This document shows, one piece after another, positions 23,821 through 33,922 of a stretch of DNA of 64,000 nucleotides (the first letter of the stretch is position 1; each line of letters begins with the position of its first letter). The position numbers were made by a program, and so were the translations under genes. The notes beneath the pieces were generated by a model. That model did no database searches, was not told the DNA's origin, and saw nothing but the letters and a program-made list of their open reading frames with translations. The stretch comes from Gammaproteobacteria bacterium (GTDB lineage: Bacteria; Pseudomonadota; Gammaproteobacteria; GCA-002705445; GCA-002716945). The stretch is from assembly GCA_002698665.1 (NCBI GenBank), contig NZZP01000017.1, positions 13,436 through 77,435 of the forward strand. The letters are read 5' to 3'.

Positions 23821-25068
23821 ATGTATAAAATTGACTCAACCGCTCAATATATAAAGATATTCCCTAATGAAAATTTGCATTCATTGATTATATCTAATCA
23901 TACTAAAATAGAATCATGGTTTAGGAAACAATGGGTAAAATATCCAGCTCCCTTTTATACTTCAATTGACTTAAGAAACTCTGGTTATAAAATTGCGCCA
24001 ATTGATACAAATCTATTCCCTGCTGGTTTTAATAATTTAGATAGGAATCTAGAATTTTTATATGTTTCTGCAATCCAACATGCCTTAGAAAGAATTTCTC
24101 CTACAATGAATAAAGTTCTACTAATCGGGGAAAGTCATACAAGGAATAAATTTTATAATGATAATATACATTACCTGTCAAATTTAATTCATAAAGCAGG
24201 TTATCAAATAAAATTCGTTACCCTAATGAATAATGAACTGGAAAATAAGGGTTTTAGGCTAGATAATGACATTTTATCTTTTGATGAATTTGTTCCTGAT
24301 ATTATCATACTAAATAATGATTTATCTAATGGGATACCAGATATACTTAATAGGGTTAAACAACCTATAATCCCACATAAAAATATTGGGTGGACAAATA
24401 GATCAAAAACTTCACATTTTGAATATTACAGTAACGTAGCAAGTAATTTTTCTAGATTATTAGACTTGGATACATGGCTACTTGAGCCTCTATTTAGAAA
24501 TTGTGGCGAGATAGATTTTCAAACTAAACAAGGAGAGGATTGTATTGTTCATCATGCTTCGAGACTATTTGAACTTATTAAAGAAAAATATCGATGCTAT
24601 GGAATAAATGAGGACCCATATATAATGATAAAAGCTGATTCTGGGACATATGGAATGGGCATCATACAAATTAAGAGTATTGATGAACTACTAAACTTAA
24701 ATAGGAAACAAAGAACAAAAATGACGAGAATAAAAGGTGGTAACAAACTTGATAAAGTAATACTACAAGAAGGTATTTATTCTAACGAGACATTACATGC
24801 TAAAACAAGTATAGCGGAGCCAGTAATATATTCATTTGGAAATAATTTAGTAGGGGGTTTTTACAGACTGCATAGTTCTAAAAATAATTCAGAAAACTTA
24901 AATTCACCAGGAATGACATTTCACCCAATTCCTTTTAAAGAAGCTTGTATTAGTCCTAATAGTAATGAAACGATATATTCAGACACAAATAAATTTTATA
25001 TTTATGGTGTTGTAGCAAGACTGGCTATACTTGCTGCATCGAAAGAGCTTTATAATATTGAGATTTAG
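23821..25068 (+). CDS. gshA: Putative glutamate--cysteine ligase of the rare Thiobacillus-ferrooxidans-type family (non-canonical GshA)
   Basis: 415 aa, not similar to E. coli GshA. It sits between rsmE and gshB, exactly where that rare GCL family is found. Product assignment rests on recalled family properties and context, not on alignment. Confidence 0.45.
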   Translation: MYKIDSTAQYIKIFPNENLHSLIISNHTKIESWFRKQWVKYPAPFYTSIDLRNSGYKIAPIDTNLFPAGFNNLDRNLEFLYVSAIQHALERISPTMNKVLLIGESHTRNKFYNDNIHYLSNLIHKAGYQIKFVTLMNNELENKGFRLDNDILSFDEFVPDIIILNNDLSNGIPDILNRVKQPIIPHKNIGWTNRSKTSHFEYYSNVASNFSRLLDLDTWLLEPLFRNCGEIDFQTKQGEDCIVHHASRLFELIKEKYRCYGINEDPYIMIKADSGTYGMGIIQIKSIDELLNLNRKQRTKMTRIKGGNKLDKVILQEGIYSNETLHAKTSIAEPVIYSFGNNLVGGFYRLHSSKNNSENLNSPGMTFHPIPFKEACISPNSNETIYSDTNKFYIYGVVARLAILAASKELYNIEI

Positions 25069-25070
25069 GT

Positions 25071-26030
25071 ATGATTAGCATAGGAGTAATCATGAATCCT
25101 ATTGAAAGTATAAATCCAAGCACGGATTCTACACTTGCCATGATGGATGCCCTTCAAATCAATCATGAAATAATATATATTATTCCACAAACATTACATA
25201 TGACAAATCATTCAGTCATAGCTAAAGTATGCAAGGTAGAAGTATTTCCAAATAAAAAAGAATATTATAAGCTAAATGATGAAAGATATGAAAATCTTGC
25301 TAATCTTACTTGTGTTCTTTTTAGAATAGATCCGCCAGTAAATACAAGTTATATTCAAATGACCCTCTTGCTTGATTGCTTAGTTAACAAAGGGACGATG
25401 GTTATTAATTCACCTCAAACAATAAGAGATTTTAATGAAAAGATTCTCGGGACTTATCTTAATACTCATCTATTGCCATCTATGATCAGTAAGGATATAG
25501 ATGTTATACAAAATTTCATAGATAATAATAATGAAGTTGTTCTAAAACCCCTTAATCTAATGGGTGGCATTGGGGTTACGAAAGTTTCAAAAAAAACCAA
25601 TAACTTAAAAAAAATCATTGAAAATTTAACAAACAATTTCAAAAAATATATTATGGTTCAAAAATATCTTGATGAAATTGATAATGGGGATACACGAATT
25701 TTGATAACTAATGGTGAAATACATCAGGATGTTTTGGTGAGGTATCCTAAAAAGGGAGATTTTAGAGCAAATCTATCATACGGGGGCAAGTATGCGATAA
25801 ATAGAATTAATCCCGAACATACTAAGATACTGGTGCCTATTGCTGAATATCTTAAAAATAATGGGATATATTTTAGCGGTGTAGATATGATAGGAAATTA
25901 CATAACAGAGATAAATATAACATCCCCGACAGGCATACGACAAATTGAAACCATAAATAAGGAGTTGAGATACGAAGTTGCATCTCATATTACTTCTGCC
26001 ATAAATAATTATCATGCCGACATCAAATAA
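25071..26030 (+). CDS. gshB: Glutathione synthetase
   Basis: Strong colinearity with E. coli GshB (MISIGVIMNPIESINPSTDS ... ATP-grasp region ... EINITSPTGIRQIE). Confidence 0.9.
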   Translation: MISIGVIMNPIESINPSTDSTLAMMDALQINHEIIYIIPQTLHMTNHSVIAKVCKVEVFPNKKEYYKLNDERYENLANLTCVLFRIDPPVNTSYIQMTLLLDCLVNKGTMVINSPQTIRDFNEKILGTYLNTHLLPSMISKDIDVIQNFIDNNNEVVLKPLNLMGGIGVTKVSKKTNNLKKIIENLTNNFKKYIMVQKYLDEIDNGDTRILITNGEIHQDVLVRYPKKGDFRANLSYGGKYAINRINPEHTKILVPIAEYLKNNGIYFSGVDMIGNYITEINITSPTGIRQIETINKELRYEVASHITSAINNYHADIK

Positions 26031-26049
26031 TTTATTAAATAAAGACTAC

Positions 26050-26469
26050 ATGTATATGTCTATAGATTATGGTTTAAAGAAGATAGGGTTTGCTGTTGGT
26101 CAACTTATTACGAAAAAAGCTAGGCCTGTTAAAATAATTAATAATAAAAATAATAAAGAAGACTGGGGTTTAATACATTCAATTATTAAAGAATGGAAGC
26201 CTAATGTAATTGTAATAGGCTATCCATATAGTAAATCAAAAAGCAAGCTTCTTTCACAATTAGAAAAGTTTATTTCAAAATTAAAAAGTCTTTATAAAGA
26301 TGAGATAAAAATAGTTACAATATCAGAGTACTTATCGACGGAAGAAAGTAAATTGGTTTATAGTAAAATACGAGAAAGTAATTATAATATTATTAAAAGG
26401 AAGGATTTAGATGACATATCTGCGTCCTTAATCTTACAGAGCTGGTTTAATGAAAATATGATAGAATAA
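26050..26469 (+). CDS. ruvX: Holliday-junction resolvase-like protein RuvX/YqgF. The six-frame ORF opens at 26014, but the likely start is the MYM/MSIDYG methionines.
   Basis: SIDYGLKKIGFAVGQLITKKARPV matches the YqgF N-terminus LAFDFGTKSIGVAVGQ. It follows gshB as in E. coli. Confidence 0.85.
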   Translation: MYMSIDYGLKKIGFAVGQLITKKARPVKIINNKNNKEDWGLIHSIIKEWKPNVIVIGYPYSKSKSKLLSQLEKFISKLKSLYKDEIKIVTISEYLSTEESKLVYSKIRESNYNIIKRKDLDDISASLILQSWFNENMIE

Positions 26470-26474
26470 ATACC

Positions 26475-27422
26475 ATGGTTATTGATAATAACATTCAATT
26501 TGATAAGAATAATAAACTGAAACATTTTCTAAATATTGAGAATCTCACAAAAAGACATATCAATGATATATTGAACTTAGCTGATAAATTCGCATCTGAC
26601 AAAAATAAAAAATTTAAAAATCTTGAAGGTAAGACTGTTGCTAGCCTATTTTTTGAGCCTAGTACAAGGACAAAAACTACTTTCGAGTTAGCATCTAAGC
26701 GATTATCAGCAGATTTTATAAATATAGATATCGCTAATTCGTCAACATTAAAAGGTGAATCAATAATTGATATGATAAAAACACTAGAAGCGATGCAATG
26801 TGATATGTTTGTTGTTAGACATGCAAACTCTGGTACACCTCATTTTATTGCAAAAGAGGTTGATCAGAAGATTGCTGTTATTAATGCTGGTGACGGCACC
26901 TATGCCCACCCATCGCAAGCAATGCTTGATATGTATACAATTAAAAAATATAAGGGTGGTTTTAATAATCTAAAAGTTTCAATTGTTGGAGATATACTTC
27001 ATTCTAGAGTTGCTAAATCATTAATATGTAGCTTAAAGATATTATGTGTAGATGAAATCAATATCATTGGTCCTGAAAATTTAATGCCTGATAACAAAGA
27101 TGTTCTGGGCGTAAATTATTTTTTTGATCTTGAAGAAGGCATAAGTAATTCAGATGTAATAATAATGTTGAGATTACAGAAAGAGAGAATGCATGATGCA
27201 CTAATATCAACTAATGACTATTATAAAAAGTATGGCTTGACTAGCAAAAAACTTCTAGCTGCCAAAAAAGATGTGATTGTAATGCATCCAGGTCCTATTA
27301 ATAGGGGTATAGAAATTGATTCTGATGTAGCAGATGGTTCGAATTCAGTAATTCTTGATCAAGTTTCATCTGGTATATCAATTAGAATGGCAATCATGTC
27401 TTTACTATTAGAAAATAAATAG
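26475..27422 (+). CDS. pyrB: Aspartate carbamoyltransferase catalytic subunit
   Basis: FFEPSTRTKTTFE motif and a downstream HPxQ region. Confidence 0.95.
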   Translation: MVIDNNIQFDKNNKLKHFLNIENLTKRHINDILNLADKFASDKNKKFKNLEGKTVASLFFEPSTRTKTTFELASKRLSADFINIDIANSSTLKGESIIDMIKTLEAMQCDMFVVRHANSGTPHFIAKEVDQKIAVINAGDGTYAHPSQAMLDMYTIKKYKGGFNNLKVSIVGDILHSRVAKSLICSLKILCVDEINIIGPENLMPDNKDVLGVNYFFDLEEGISNSDVIIMLRLQKERMHDALISTNDYYKKYGLTSKKLLAAKKDVIVMHPGPINRGIEIDSDVADGSNSVILDQVSSGISIRMAIMSLLLENK

Positions 27423-28094
27423 ATGGATTTTCCTTATAAAAAAAATATTTTGTCTATAGAACAAGACATCAAAGATTTTGATATTGACAATAAGATTAGA
27501 CTAATTATTGTCACTAAATCACAAACTATAGACCAAATCAATAAAGTCATCGGATATGGTTATAAGACATTTGCTGAAAATTATGTGGATGAAGCAATAA
27601 AAAAAATAAAGCAAATAAATGATGATACGAATGAATGGCATTTCATAGGTAAAATTCAGTCAAATAAAATAAAAAATATTGTAGAATATTTCAACTGGGT
27701 TCAAACAATATCTAGCACAAAACATGCTGAAAAAATCAATGAAGAGTCTAAAAAACGCTCAAAACTTATTAATGCCTGCATTCAGATCAATATAGATAAT
27801 GAGCATACCAAGTCAGGCCTAGATATTAGTGATATTGATGACTTTGCAGAATATATCACTTCTCTTTCAAATATCAAATTTAGAGGTATAATGGCAATAC
27901 CATCAAAAGCAAATGCTTTGGATGCAAAAGAGAATTCATATGCCATGCTTAATTCAACATATAAAAAATTACGACTTAAATATAACACTGTGGATACCCT
28001 ATCAATTGGGATGAGTAATGATTATAAAATAGCATTAAAAAATGGGTCGAACATGATTAGAATAGGCACTTTAATATTTGGCGAGAGAAACTAA
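27423..28094 (+). CDS. yggS: YggS family PLP-binding protein (PLP homeostasis)
   Basis: WHFIGKIQSNKIK motif. yggS-proC-yggT order. Confidence 0.85.
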   Translation: MDFPYKKNILSIEQDIKDFDIDNKIRLIIVTKSQTIDQINKVIGYGYKTFAENYVDEAIKKIKQINDDTNEWHFIGKIQSNKIKNIVEYFNWVQTISSTKHAEKINEESKKRSKLINACIQINIDNEHTKSGLDISDIDDFAEYITSLSNIKFRGIMAIPSKANALDAKENSYAMLNSTYKKLRLKYNTVDTLSIGMSNDYKIALKNGSNMIRIGTLIFGERN

Positions 28095-28900
28095 TGATTA
28101 AAACTATATCAATAATTGGAGTAGGAAATTTATCTAATTCAATAATCAAAGGATTAAGAAATAAAAATAAAAAGATAAAGATTAATTTATATGATATAAA
28201 TTCAAAAAAAAGAATAATAGCTAAAAAATTTTCATGTAATTTTTCGAAATCACTTGACGATAGAATATCTCAAAGTAATCTAACAGTCATAGCAGTTAAG
28301 CCGTATCACTTCTCTGATGTAGCTATAAAATTACAGGCATTCATAGACAATAAGAGTAAGATTGTAAGCCTCATGGCTGGTGTTAATATAAAAAACATCA
28401 TTAAGCAACTAAATATGGAAATTGCCATTAGTAGAGTAATGACAAATATTAATTCTGAATGTAATTATGCCTCAACATTTATCTATACAAATAAGTACTA
28501 TAAAAAAAATGATAAAGTACTGCTCGCTAATTTTTTTAATATTCTAGGCAATGTTCATCATGTTAAATCTGAGAATGATATTAATAAAATTACAGTTTTA
28601 TCTGGAAGCGGTCCAGCTTATGTTATTAATTTTTTAGAAACTATGGTATCAGCTTATATCAAAATGGGTTTTTCAAGAAATAAATCAGAGGAATATGCCA
28701 GGGAACTATTTTATGGAACAATATATAATTTAGTTGCTAGTAAAAAACATCATCTTAATATTAAACAGTCGGTTATATCAAAAGGAGGGACAACTGAACA
28801 AGCTCTTCAAATTATGATGAAATACAAATTCAATGATATTTTTGAAAAGGCTATAAAGGGAGCTTTTAAAAAAGCAAAAACTATGAGTACTAAAAAATAA
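28094..28900 (+). CDS. proC: Pyrroline-5-carboxylate reductase
   Basis: N-terminal Rossmann fold ISIIGVGNLSNSI, and a C-terminal SKGGTTEQAL motif. Confidence 0.85.
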   Translation: MIKTISIIGVGNLSNSIIKGLRNKNKKIKINLYDINSKKRIIAKKFSCNFSKSLDDRISQSNLTVIAVKPYHFSDVAIKLQAFIDNKSKIVSLMAGVNIKNIIKQLNMEIAISRVMTNINSECNYASTFIYTNKYYKKNDKVLLANFFNILGNVHHVKSENDINKITVLSGSGPAYVINFLETMVSAYIKMGFSRNKSEEYARELFYGTIYNLVASKKHHLNIKQSVISKGGTTEQALQIMMKYKFNDIFEKAIKGAFKKAKTMSTKK

Positions 28901-29469
28901 TGGAAAATTATGCATCACAACCTATAATATTTTTATCATTGACGATCGTTAGTTTTGTTCAATTTCTCCTCATATTAAGACTACTATGTGAACTAATGTC
29001 AGTAACCTTTAATAATCCGGTTACTCAGCTAATTGTAAGGGCTACAAATCCAATTTTAATGCCATTAAGAATTATTCCATTATACATAGGGAAAGTGGAT
29101 ATTATGATTATATTAATAATAACGCTTGCCACATCTCTGAAAATCTATATAAATCCTAATTTTAGTGGTTTTGAATATAGTTTAAATGCGCTGCTAGTAG
29201 CAGGTTTTGGGTTTGCAATAAAGGAAATATTAGATATTCTTTGGTATGCTGTAATCATAGGAGCAATAGGTAGTTGGTTCATGGCATATAATTCACATCC
29301 AATTTTTTCTTTAATAGAAGAAATATGTCATCCACTATATAGGCCAATTCGAAATATCATGCCTGATTTTTCTGGCATAGATTTATCACCAATTGTTCTC
29401 TTAGTTTTAATAAATCTGTTGCAAATGTTACTATTACCGCCAATATTTAATTTAACAAGATTTTTATAA
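28900..29469 (+). CDS. yggT: YggT family membrane protein
   Basis: Multi-TM, about 190 aa, in the canonical position after proC. Confidence 0.7.
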   Translation: MENYASQPIIFLSLTIVSFVQFLLILRLLCELMSVTFNNPVTQLIVRATNPILMPLRIIPLYIGKVDIMIILIITLATSLKIYINPNFSGFEYSLNALLVAGFGFAIKEILDILWYAVIIGAIGSWFMAYNSHPIFSLIEEICHPLYRPIRNIMPDFSGIDLSPIVLLVLINLLQMLLLPPIFNLTRFL

Positions 29470-30597
29470 ATGAATGAAAATAATATGCTTAATCTTCAAA
29501 CCTACATAGTTGATTTCAATAAACCTCTAAAATTAAGCTCTGGTAAAGTACTAGAAAAATATACTCTGAAATATGAAACATATGGAACATTAAATAAAGA
29601 TAAAAGTAATGCCGTTCTGGTTTGCCACGCTCTGTCAGGAAATCATCATGCTGCTGGTCTTTATAGTAATGAAGAAAAACCAGGTTGGTGGAACAATATG
29701 ATAGGCCCAGAGAAACCTATTGATACTAACAAACTATTTGTTGTATGCCCTAACAACCTAGGTGGATGTCATGGTTCAAGTGGCCCATCAACAATTAATC
29801 CTGAAAATAAAAAAATATATGGATCGGATTTTCCAATTATAACAGTATCTGACTGGGTAGACTCTCAAAAAAATCTAATGAAACACTTAGGTATTAATCG
29901 TTGGAAATTCGTAATAGGTGGGAGTCTTGGCGGAATGCAAGCCTTTCAATGGTCAGTACAATACCCATCTATGATTGAAAACTGCATAATAATTGCAGCA
30001 GCACCGAAATTAACTGCACAAAATATTGCATTCAACGAGGTAGCCAGACAAGCAATAATGAAAGATCCTAACTGGTGTGATGGTAATTATCTAGAAAATA
30101 ATGTTTCACCCAATCAAGGACTCGCGCTTGCTAGAATGTTAGGTCACATAACTTATTTGTCAGATGAATCTATGAAAGAAAAATTTGGAAGAGACCTCAA
30201 GCTATCGAAATTAAACTATAATTATGATGTAGAATTCCAAATCGAGAGTTATCTAAGATATCAAGGTGAAAAGTTTGTATCTGGTTTTGATGCAAATACA
30301 TATTTATTAATGACAAAATCATTAGATTACTTTGATCCTATCAAAGATATGGGGGATATGTTCATTTCAAATCTCAATATTACTAATGCAAAATTTCTTG
30401 TAATCTCCTTTACTTCAGATTGGAGATTTCCCCCAATCAGATCAAAAGAAATTGTTAAAATATTAATTAATAATAACAAACGAATCAGCTATTCAGAAAT
30501 CAATGCAGATGGAGGTCATGATGCCTTCTTGATGAATAATCAGGATTATTTTGATGTTATGAAGGAATTTATAGACGAGGCATGCAATGGCATTTAG
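29470..30597 (+). CDS. metX: Homoserine O-acyltransferase MetX
   Basis: Alpha/beta hydrolase with MetX pattern ([24 protein letters not shown]). Followed by metW. Confidence 0.9.
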   Translation: MNENNMLNLQTYIVDFNKPLKLSSGKVLEKYTLKYETYGTLNKDKSNAVLVCHALSGNHHAAGLYSNEEKPGWWNNMIGPEKPIDTNKLFVVCPNNLGGCHGSSGPSTINPENKKIYGSDFPIITVSDWVDSQKNLMKHLGINRWKFVIGGSLGGMQAFQWSVQYPSMIENCIIIAAAPKLTAQNIAFNEVARQAIMKDPNWCDGNYLENNVSPNQGLALARMLGHITYLSDESMKEKFGRDLKLSKLNYNYDVEFQIESYLRYQGEKFVSGFDANTYLLMTKSLDYFDPIKDMGDMFISNLNITNAKFLVISFTSDWRFPPIRSKEIVKILINNNKRISYSEINADGGHDAFLMNNQDYFDVMKEFIDEACNGI

Positions 30598-31180
30598 AAA
30601 AGATTTAGTACAAATTAGTTCCTGGATAATGCCAAATACTAAAGTTTTAGATTTAGGATGTGGCAGCGGGGAATTATTAAGAATATTACAACAAGAAAAA
30701 AATATCGAAGGATATGGTATAGATAATGATATTAATAATATTAAAATGTCACTTAAAAATAATATAAATATACTACAATTTGATCTGGATAATGGGCTAA
30801 AAGATTTTGAATCTAACTCATTTGATTATGTTGTTTTAGCGCAATCATTACAAGTAATTAAAAACCCACAAGAACTCATCAAAGAAATGAGAAGGATAGG
30901 AAAAGAAATAATTGTATCATTTCCAAATATGGGTCATTGGTCATCAAGACTACAATTATTATTTAGAGGCATGATGCCAATTACACAATCATTACCATTT
31001 AAATGGCATGATACCCCTAATATCCATCTTTGTACGATAGAGGACTTTTTGATTTTTTGTAAAGAAAATAACCTAAATATTGAAGAAGTATTAGTGACTA
31101 ACCACAAACAACAGGCAAGTTTATTCACCAAAATTGCACCAAATTTTTTTGGTCAAATTGCTACATTTAGAATTAGATGA
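30587..31180 (+). CDS. metW: Methionine biosynthesis protein MetW
   Basis: 197-aa methyltransferase-like protein ([11 protein letters not shown]) directly after metX. Confidence 0.85.
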   Translation: MAFRKDLVQISSWIMPNTKVLDLGCGSGELLRILQQEKNIEGYGIDNDINNIKMSLKNNINILQFDLDNGLKDFESNSFDYVVLAQSLQVIKNPQELIKEMRRIGKEIIVSFPNMGHWSSRLQLLFRGMMPITQSLPFKWHDTPNIHLCTIEDFLIFCKENNLNIEEVLVTNHKQQASLFTKIAPNFFGQIATFRIR

Positions 31181-31630
31181 CTATCGTAGTTTTGCTTTGA
31201 TGAAATCTTGATGTTTTACATATAATAATTCTGATATTTTTCTAATTGTATAATCTTCATACTTATCTATATGGCCATCAGCATATGCTACATCCCAAAG
31301 TACCTTAATAACATTGACTTTCTCACTATATGAATAATTTTTATTCATTTCCGAAGTCCATTCATATAATGATATCATTTCTTGATTTTTTTCATCTGCT
31401 AATTTAATCAAGATTTTGGTCTGGTCACTTTCAAGGCTAAAATTTTTTTTAAGAATATCTACTATTTTATCTTTTTCAACTTCATCAAAACTGTCATCTG
31501 CTTTAGATACCTCAATCAATAGAATACAAGTTCCAAGTATTAAATCATCAAATGACTCAAACTCATGAATGTTTACATTTGACTTTTGATTCGAAGATAA
31601 TTTCTGTAATAATTCAGAAAAAATTTTCAT
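31181..31630 (-). CDS. TerB-like (tellurite-resistance TerB fold) protein
   Basis: 149 aa of acidic helical protein with TerB-family-like spacing (ADDSFDEVEKDKIVDILKKNF...VLWDVAYADGHIDKYE). Confidence 0.55.
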   Translation of the reverse strand: MKIFSELLQKLSSNQKSNVNIHEFESFDDLILGTCILLIEVSKADDSFDEVEKDKIVDILKKNFSLESDQTKILIKLADEKNQEMISLYEWTSEMNKNYSYSEKVNVIKVLWDVAYADGHIDKYEDYTIRKISELLYVKHQDFIKAKLR

Positions 31631-31986
31631 TAATTAAAGGTTTGTTTTAGAGAATACTGGCCACTATTATCATATTCATCAAAGAATATATCAACAAAAG
31701 GATGGTCTATAGGGTCTGTGCTTGCATCACTTAGTAAATTGCCTTCTGCCACATATGTCTCATTGCCTTGACCATGAACCAGTACATGGTACCAAGGTTT
31801 GTTTCTGTCAGGTTTAGACTTTGCTACATTCTGGTACCATTCATCAGTACCTTGAAAATATGGATCCGCATCTACAATCACACCTCTATATCTAAATTTA
31901 CTGTGATATACAATTTGACCAAGTCTAAATACTGCTTTTTGCTTTAAAGGTGTGTCCATGCCTACTATTATAGTGTTAATACACAA
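31630..31986 (-). CDS. hspQ: Heat shock protein HspQ (YccV-like hemimethylated-DNA-binding domain). The probable true start is Met10 at 31959.
   Basis: FRLGQIVYHSKFRYRGVIVDADPYF matches HspQ [25 protein letters not shown]. Confidence 0.8.
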   Translation of the reverse strand: MCINTIIVGMDTPLKQKAVFRLGQIVYHSKFRYRGVIVDADPYFQGTDEWYQNVAKSKPDRNKPWYHVLVHGQGNETYVAEGNLLSDASTDPIDHPFVDIFFDEYDNSGQYSLKQTFN

Positions 31987-32009
31987 ATTTTTAAAGAGGG
32001 CAAAATAGA

Positions 32010-33566
32010 TTAATCATATAAGAAAGTAATATTAACCCTTTTATTTATGTAAGTATTTTCAAAATCAAAATCATCAGTAGCATGAAATAGTTTAGAGTTA
32101 AATATTACCGCCCTATTCTCTTTATATGGAATGATTCTTTTTGAGATATTGTTAGTTTCTAACATTTTTTTAATCTTTGGTGACTTATCTAAACTGTTAT
32201 AATCATCAAAATTCCATTCTTTCGGGGGTAATTCATCCCATATCATTAGTCCTCCGTTTTTTTTGTTTTGATTTGCGGATTCCGGTGATATCCAAAAATT
32301 TACATTTACTGCAGCTTGATCAGCATGGATGTTAGTACCAACTTTCTGACTATCATATTTAAATATCCATGCTTGAGTTAATCTAAAATCATTAAATATA
32401 TTTTTATAAGTTAATCTAAGCTCTTCGCTTAAATTTAGAATGAACTTATTGGCTAAACCTTTTGATAAAAATGCACCAACATAGCCACCATAATATGGGT
32501 ATTTAAAAATATTAGCATTCCTACAAAATTTTTGAATATCTCTTAATGCTTCATTGGTTAAAAAGTTATCTATTATGAGTATTTCTGGTTTGCTATCAAG
32601 GTACTCACTTTCATGTTCAGATATATTTTCTTTATTAATCAAATTATTTTTATATTTTTTTGGAGGCTTATTATATAGTATCTTATATAATTTATTTTTC
32701 ATTCCTTTGGTAACATCTTCTGCTTTCAAATTACCAGTCAAAGTCTTATCATATAGTTTCTTCAAAGAATCATAATACTCTTTGGTGAATTTATGATTTC
32801 TTATATCATCGCTATCCTGATCGATATGCGTTAACTGTTCAAACTCATGTTTGATTAGTGAAGTTAATAGTACATTATTACTATAATAATTATTAATATT
32901 CATTGTTATTGCTTCTTCTGAAGAGTGCATTAGGGTTGTAGCAACCTTAAAATAATTATCTGCAGCATCAATATTATTCAACCACAAGTGAGACATTGCT
33001 AACGTTATATTTGACTCAATAGATGAAGGATTAATTGATAATGCTTTATTAAAGTAATCGATAGAATCATTTAAATGATTGATATTACGATCTTGTCTAA
33101 ATTTATACTGATATACTTCGCCTAAGCGTTGATAACCCTGAAGATGGTTACCATCTATGTTTATAACCTTTTTAAGAAGTTCGATAGCTTCACTAAATTT
33201 TAATAGGTCCGCTTCTAAATTAGCATAATTAAAATAAGCTCTAGTATCCATGGAATTAATATCTATAGCTTTTTTGAAACAATTTTCTGATTTCACATGA
33301 TTTTGTAAATTTTTATATGCAATCCCAAGATTATTATTCGCTTCATAGTTATTATTATCTAATATGACAGATCGCTCTAGGTAGATTATTGCATCTTCAT
33401 AATTTTTATTTTGAGATAAAACACAGCCATGGAGATGGTTTGCCATGAAGTTGTCTTTATCCATCTCAAGGATTTGTATATAAATTTTATCTGCATTATC
33501 TAAGTCGCCTTGATGATGAAGAGAAAGTGCATTATGAAGTAGTTGATTAATATTTGTCTGATTCAT
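32010..33566 (-). CDS. TPR-repeat protein with a C-terminal putative Fe(II)/2-oxoglutarate-dependent oxygenase (hydroxylase-like) domain
   Basis: Residues 1-~200 contain multiple TPR-like repeats. The C-terminal ~170 aa has an HxD...H arrangement (IHADQ ... KLFHATDD ... KR) typical of a 2OG oxygenase facial triad. Confidence 0.55.
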   Translation of the reverse strand: MNQTNINQLLHNALSLHHQGDLDNADKIYIQILEMDKDNFMANHLHGCVLSQNKNYEDAIIYLERSVILDNNNYEANNNLGIAYKNLQNHVKSENCFKKAIDINSMDTRAYFNYANLEADLLKFSEAIELLKKVINIDGNHLQGYQRLGEVYQYKFRQDRNINHLNDSIDYFNKALSINPSSIESNITLAMSHLWLNNIDAADNYFKVATTLMHSSEEAITMNINNYYSNNVLLTSLIKHEFEQLTHIDQDSDDIRNHKFTKEYYDSLKKLYDKTLTGNLKAEDVTKGMKNKLYKILYNKPPKKYKNNLINKENISEHESEYLDSKPEILIIDNFLTNEALRDIQKFCRNANIFKYPYYGGYVGAFLSKGLANKFILNLSEELRLTYKNIFNDFRLTQAWIFKYDSQKVGTNIHADQAAVNVNFWISPESANQNKKNGGLMIWDELPPKEWNFDDYNSLDKSPKIKKMLETNNISKRIIPYKENRAVIFNSKLFHATDDFDFENTYINKRVNITFLYD

Positions 33567-33573
33567 GATTTTT

Positions 33574-33646
<73 letters not shown>

Positions 33647-33652
33647 GTTGAA

Positions 33653-33922
33653 TTATTTCTTTTCTGGCACATAACCTTCTGGAGCTTCTGAACCTTCACC
33701 GAATAAAAATTTTTCCATTTCTTCTTCTAAAAACTTTCTTGCTTTAGGATCTACCGGTGTTAGTCGCATCTCATTAATTAACATTGTTTGATGATTCATC
33801 CATAAAGACCAAGCCTCAGCTGATATATTTTCCTGAATTTTTTTTCCTATATCGCCTGGATATGGCTGATAATCTAAACCTTCTAGTTTCTTCTTAAGTT
33901 TTAAACAATTAATTATAGTCAT
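33653..33922 (-). CDS. yggX: Fe(II)-trafficking / oxidative-damage protection protein YggX
   Basis: About 60% identical by eye to E. coli YggX (QPYPGDIGKKIQENISAEAWSLWMNHQTMLINE). mutY-yggX order. Confidence 0.9.
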   Translation of the reverse strand: MTIINCLKLKKKLEGLDYQPYPGDIGKKIQENISAEAWSLWMNHQTMLINEMRLTPVDPKARKFLEEEMEKFLFGEGSEAPEGYVPEKK

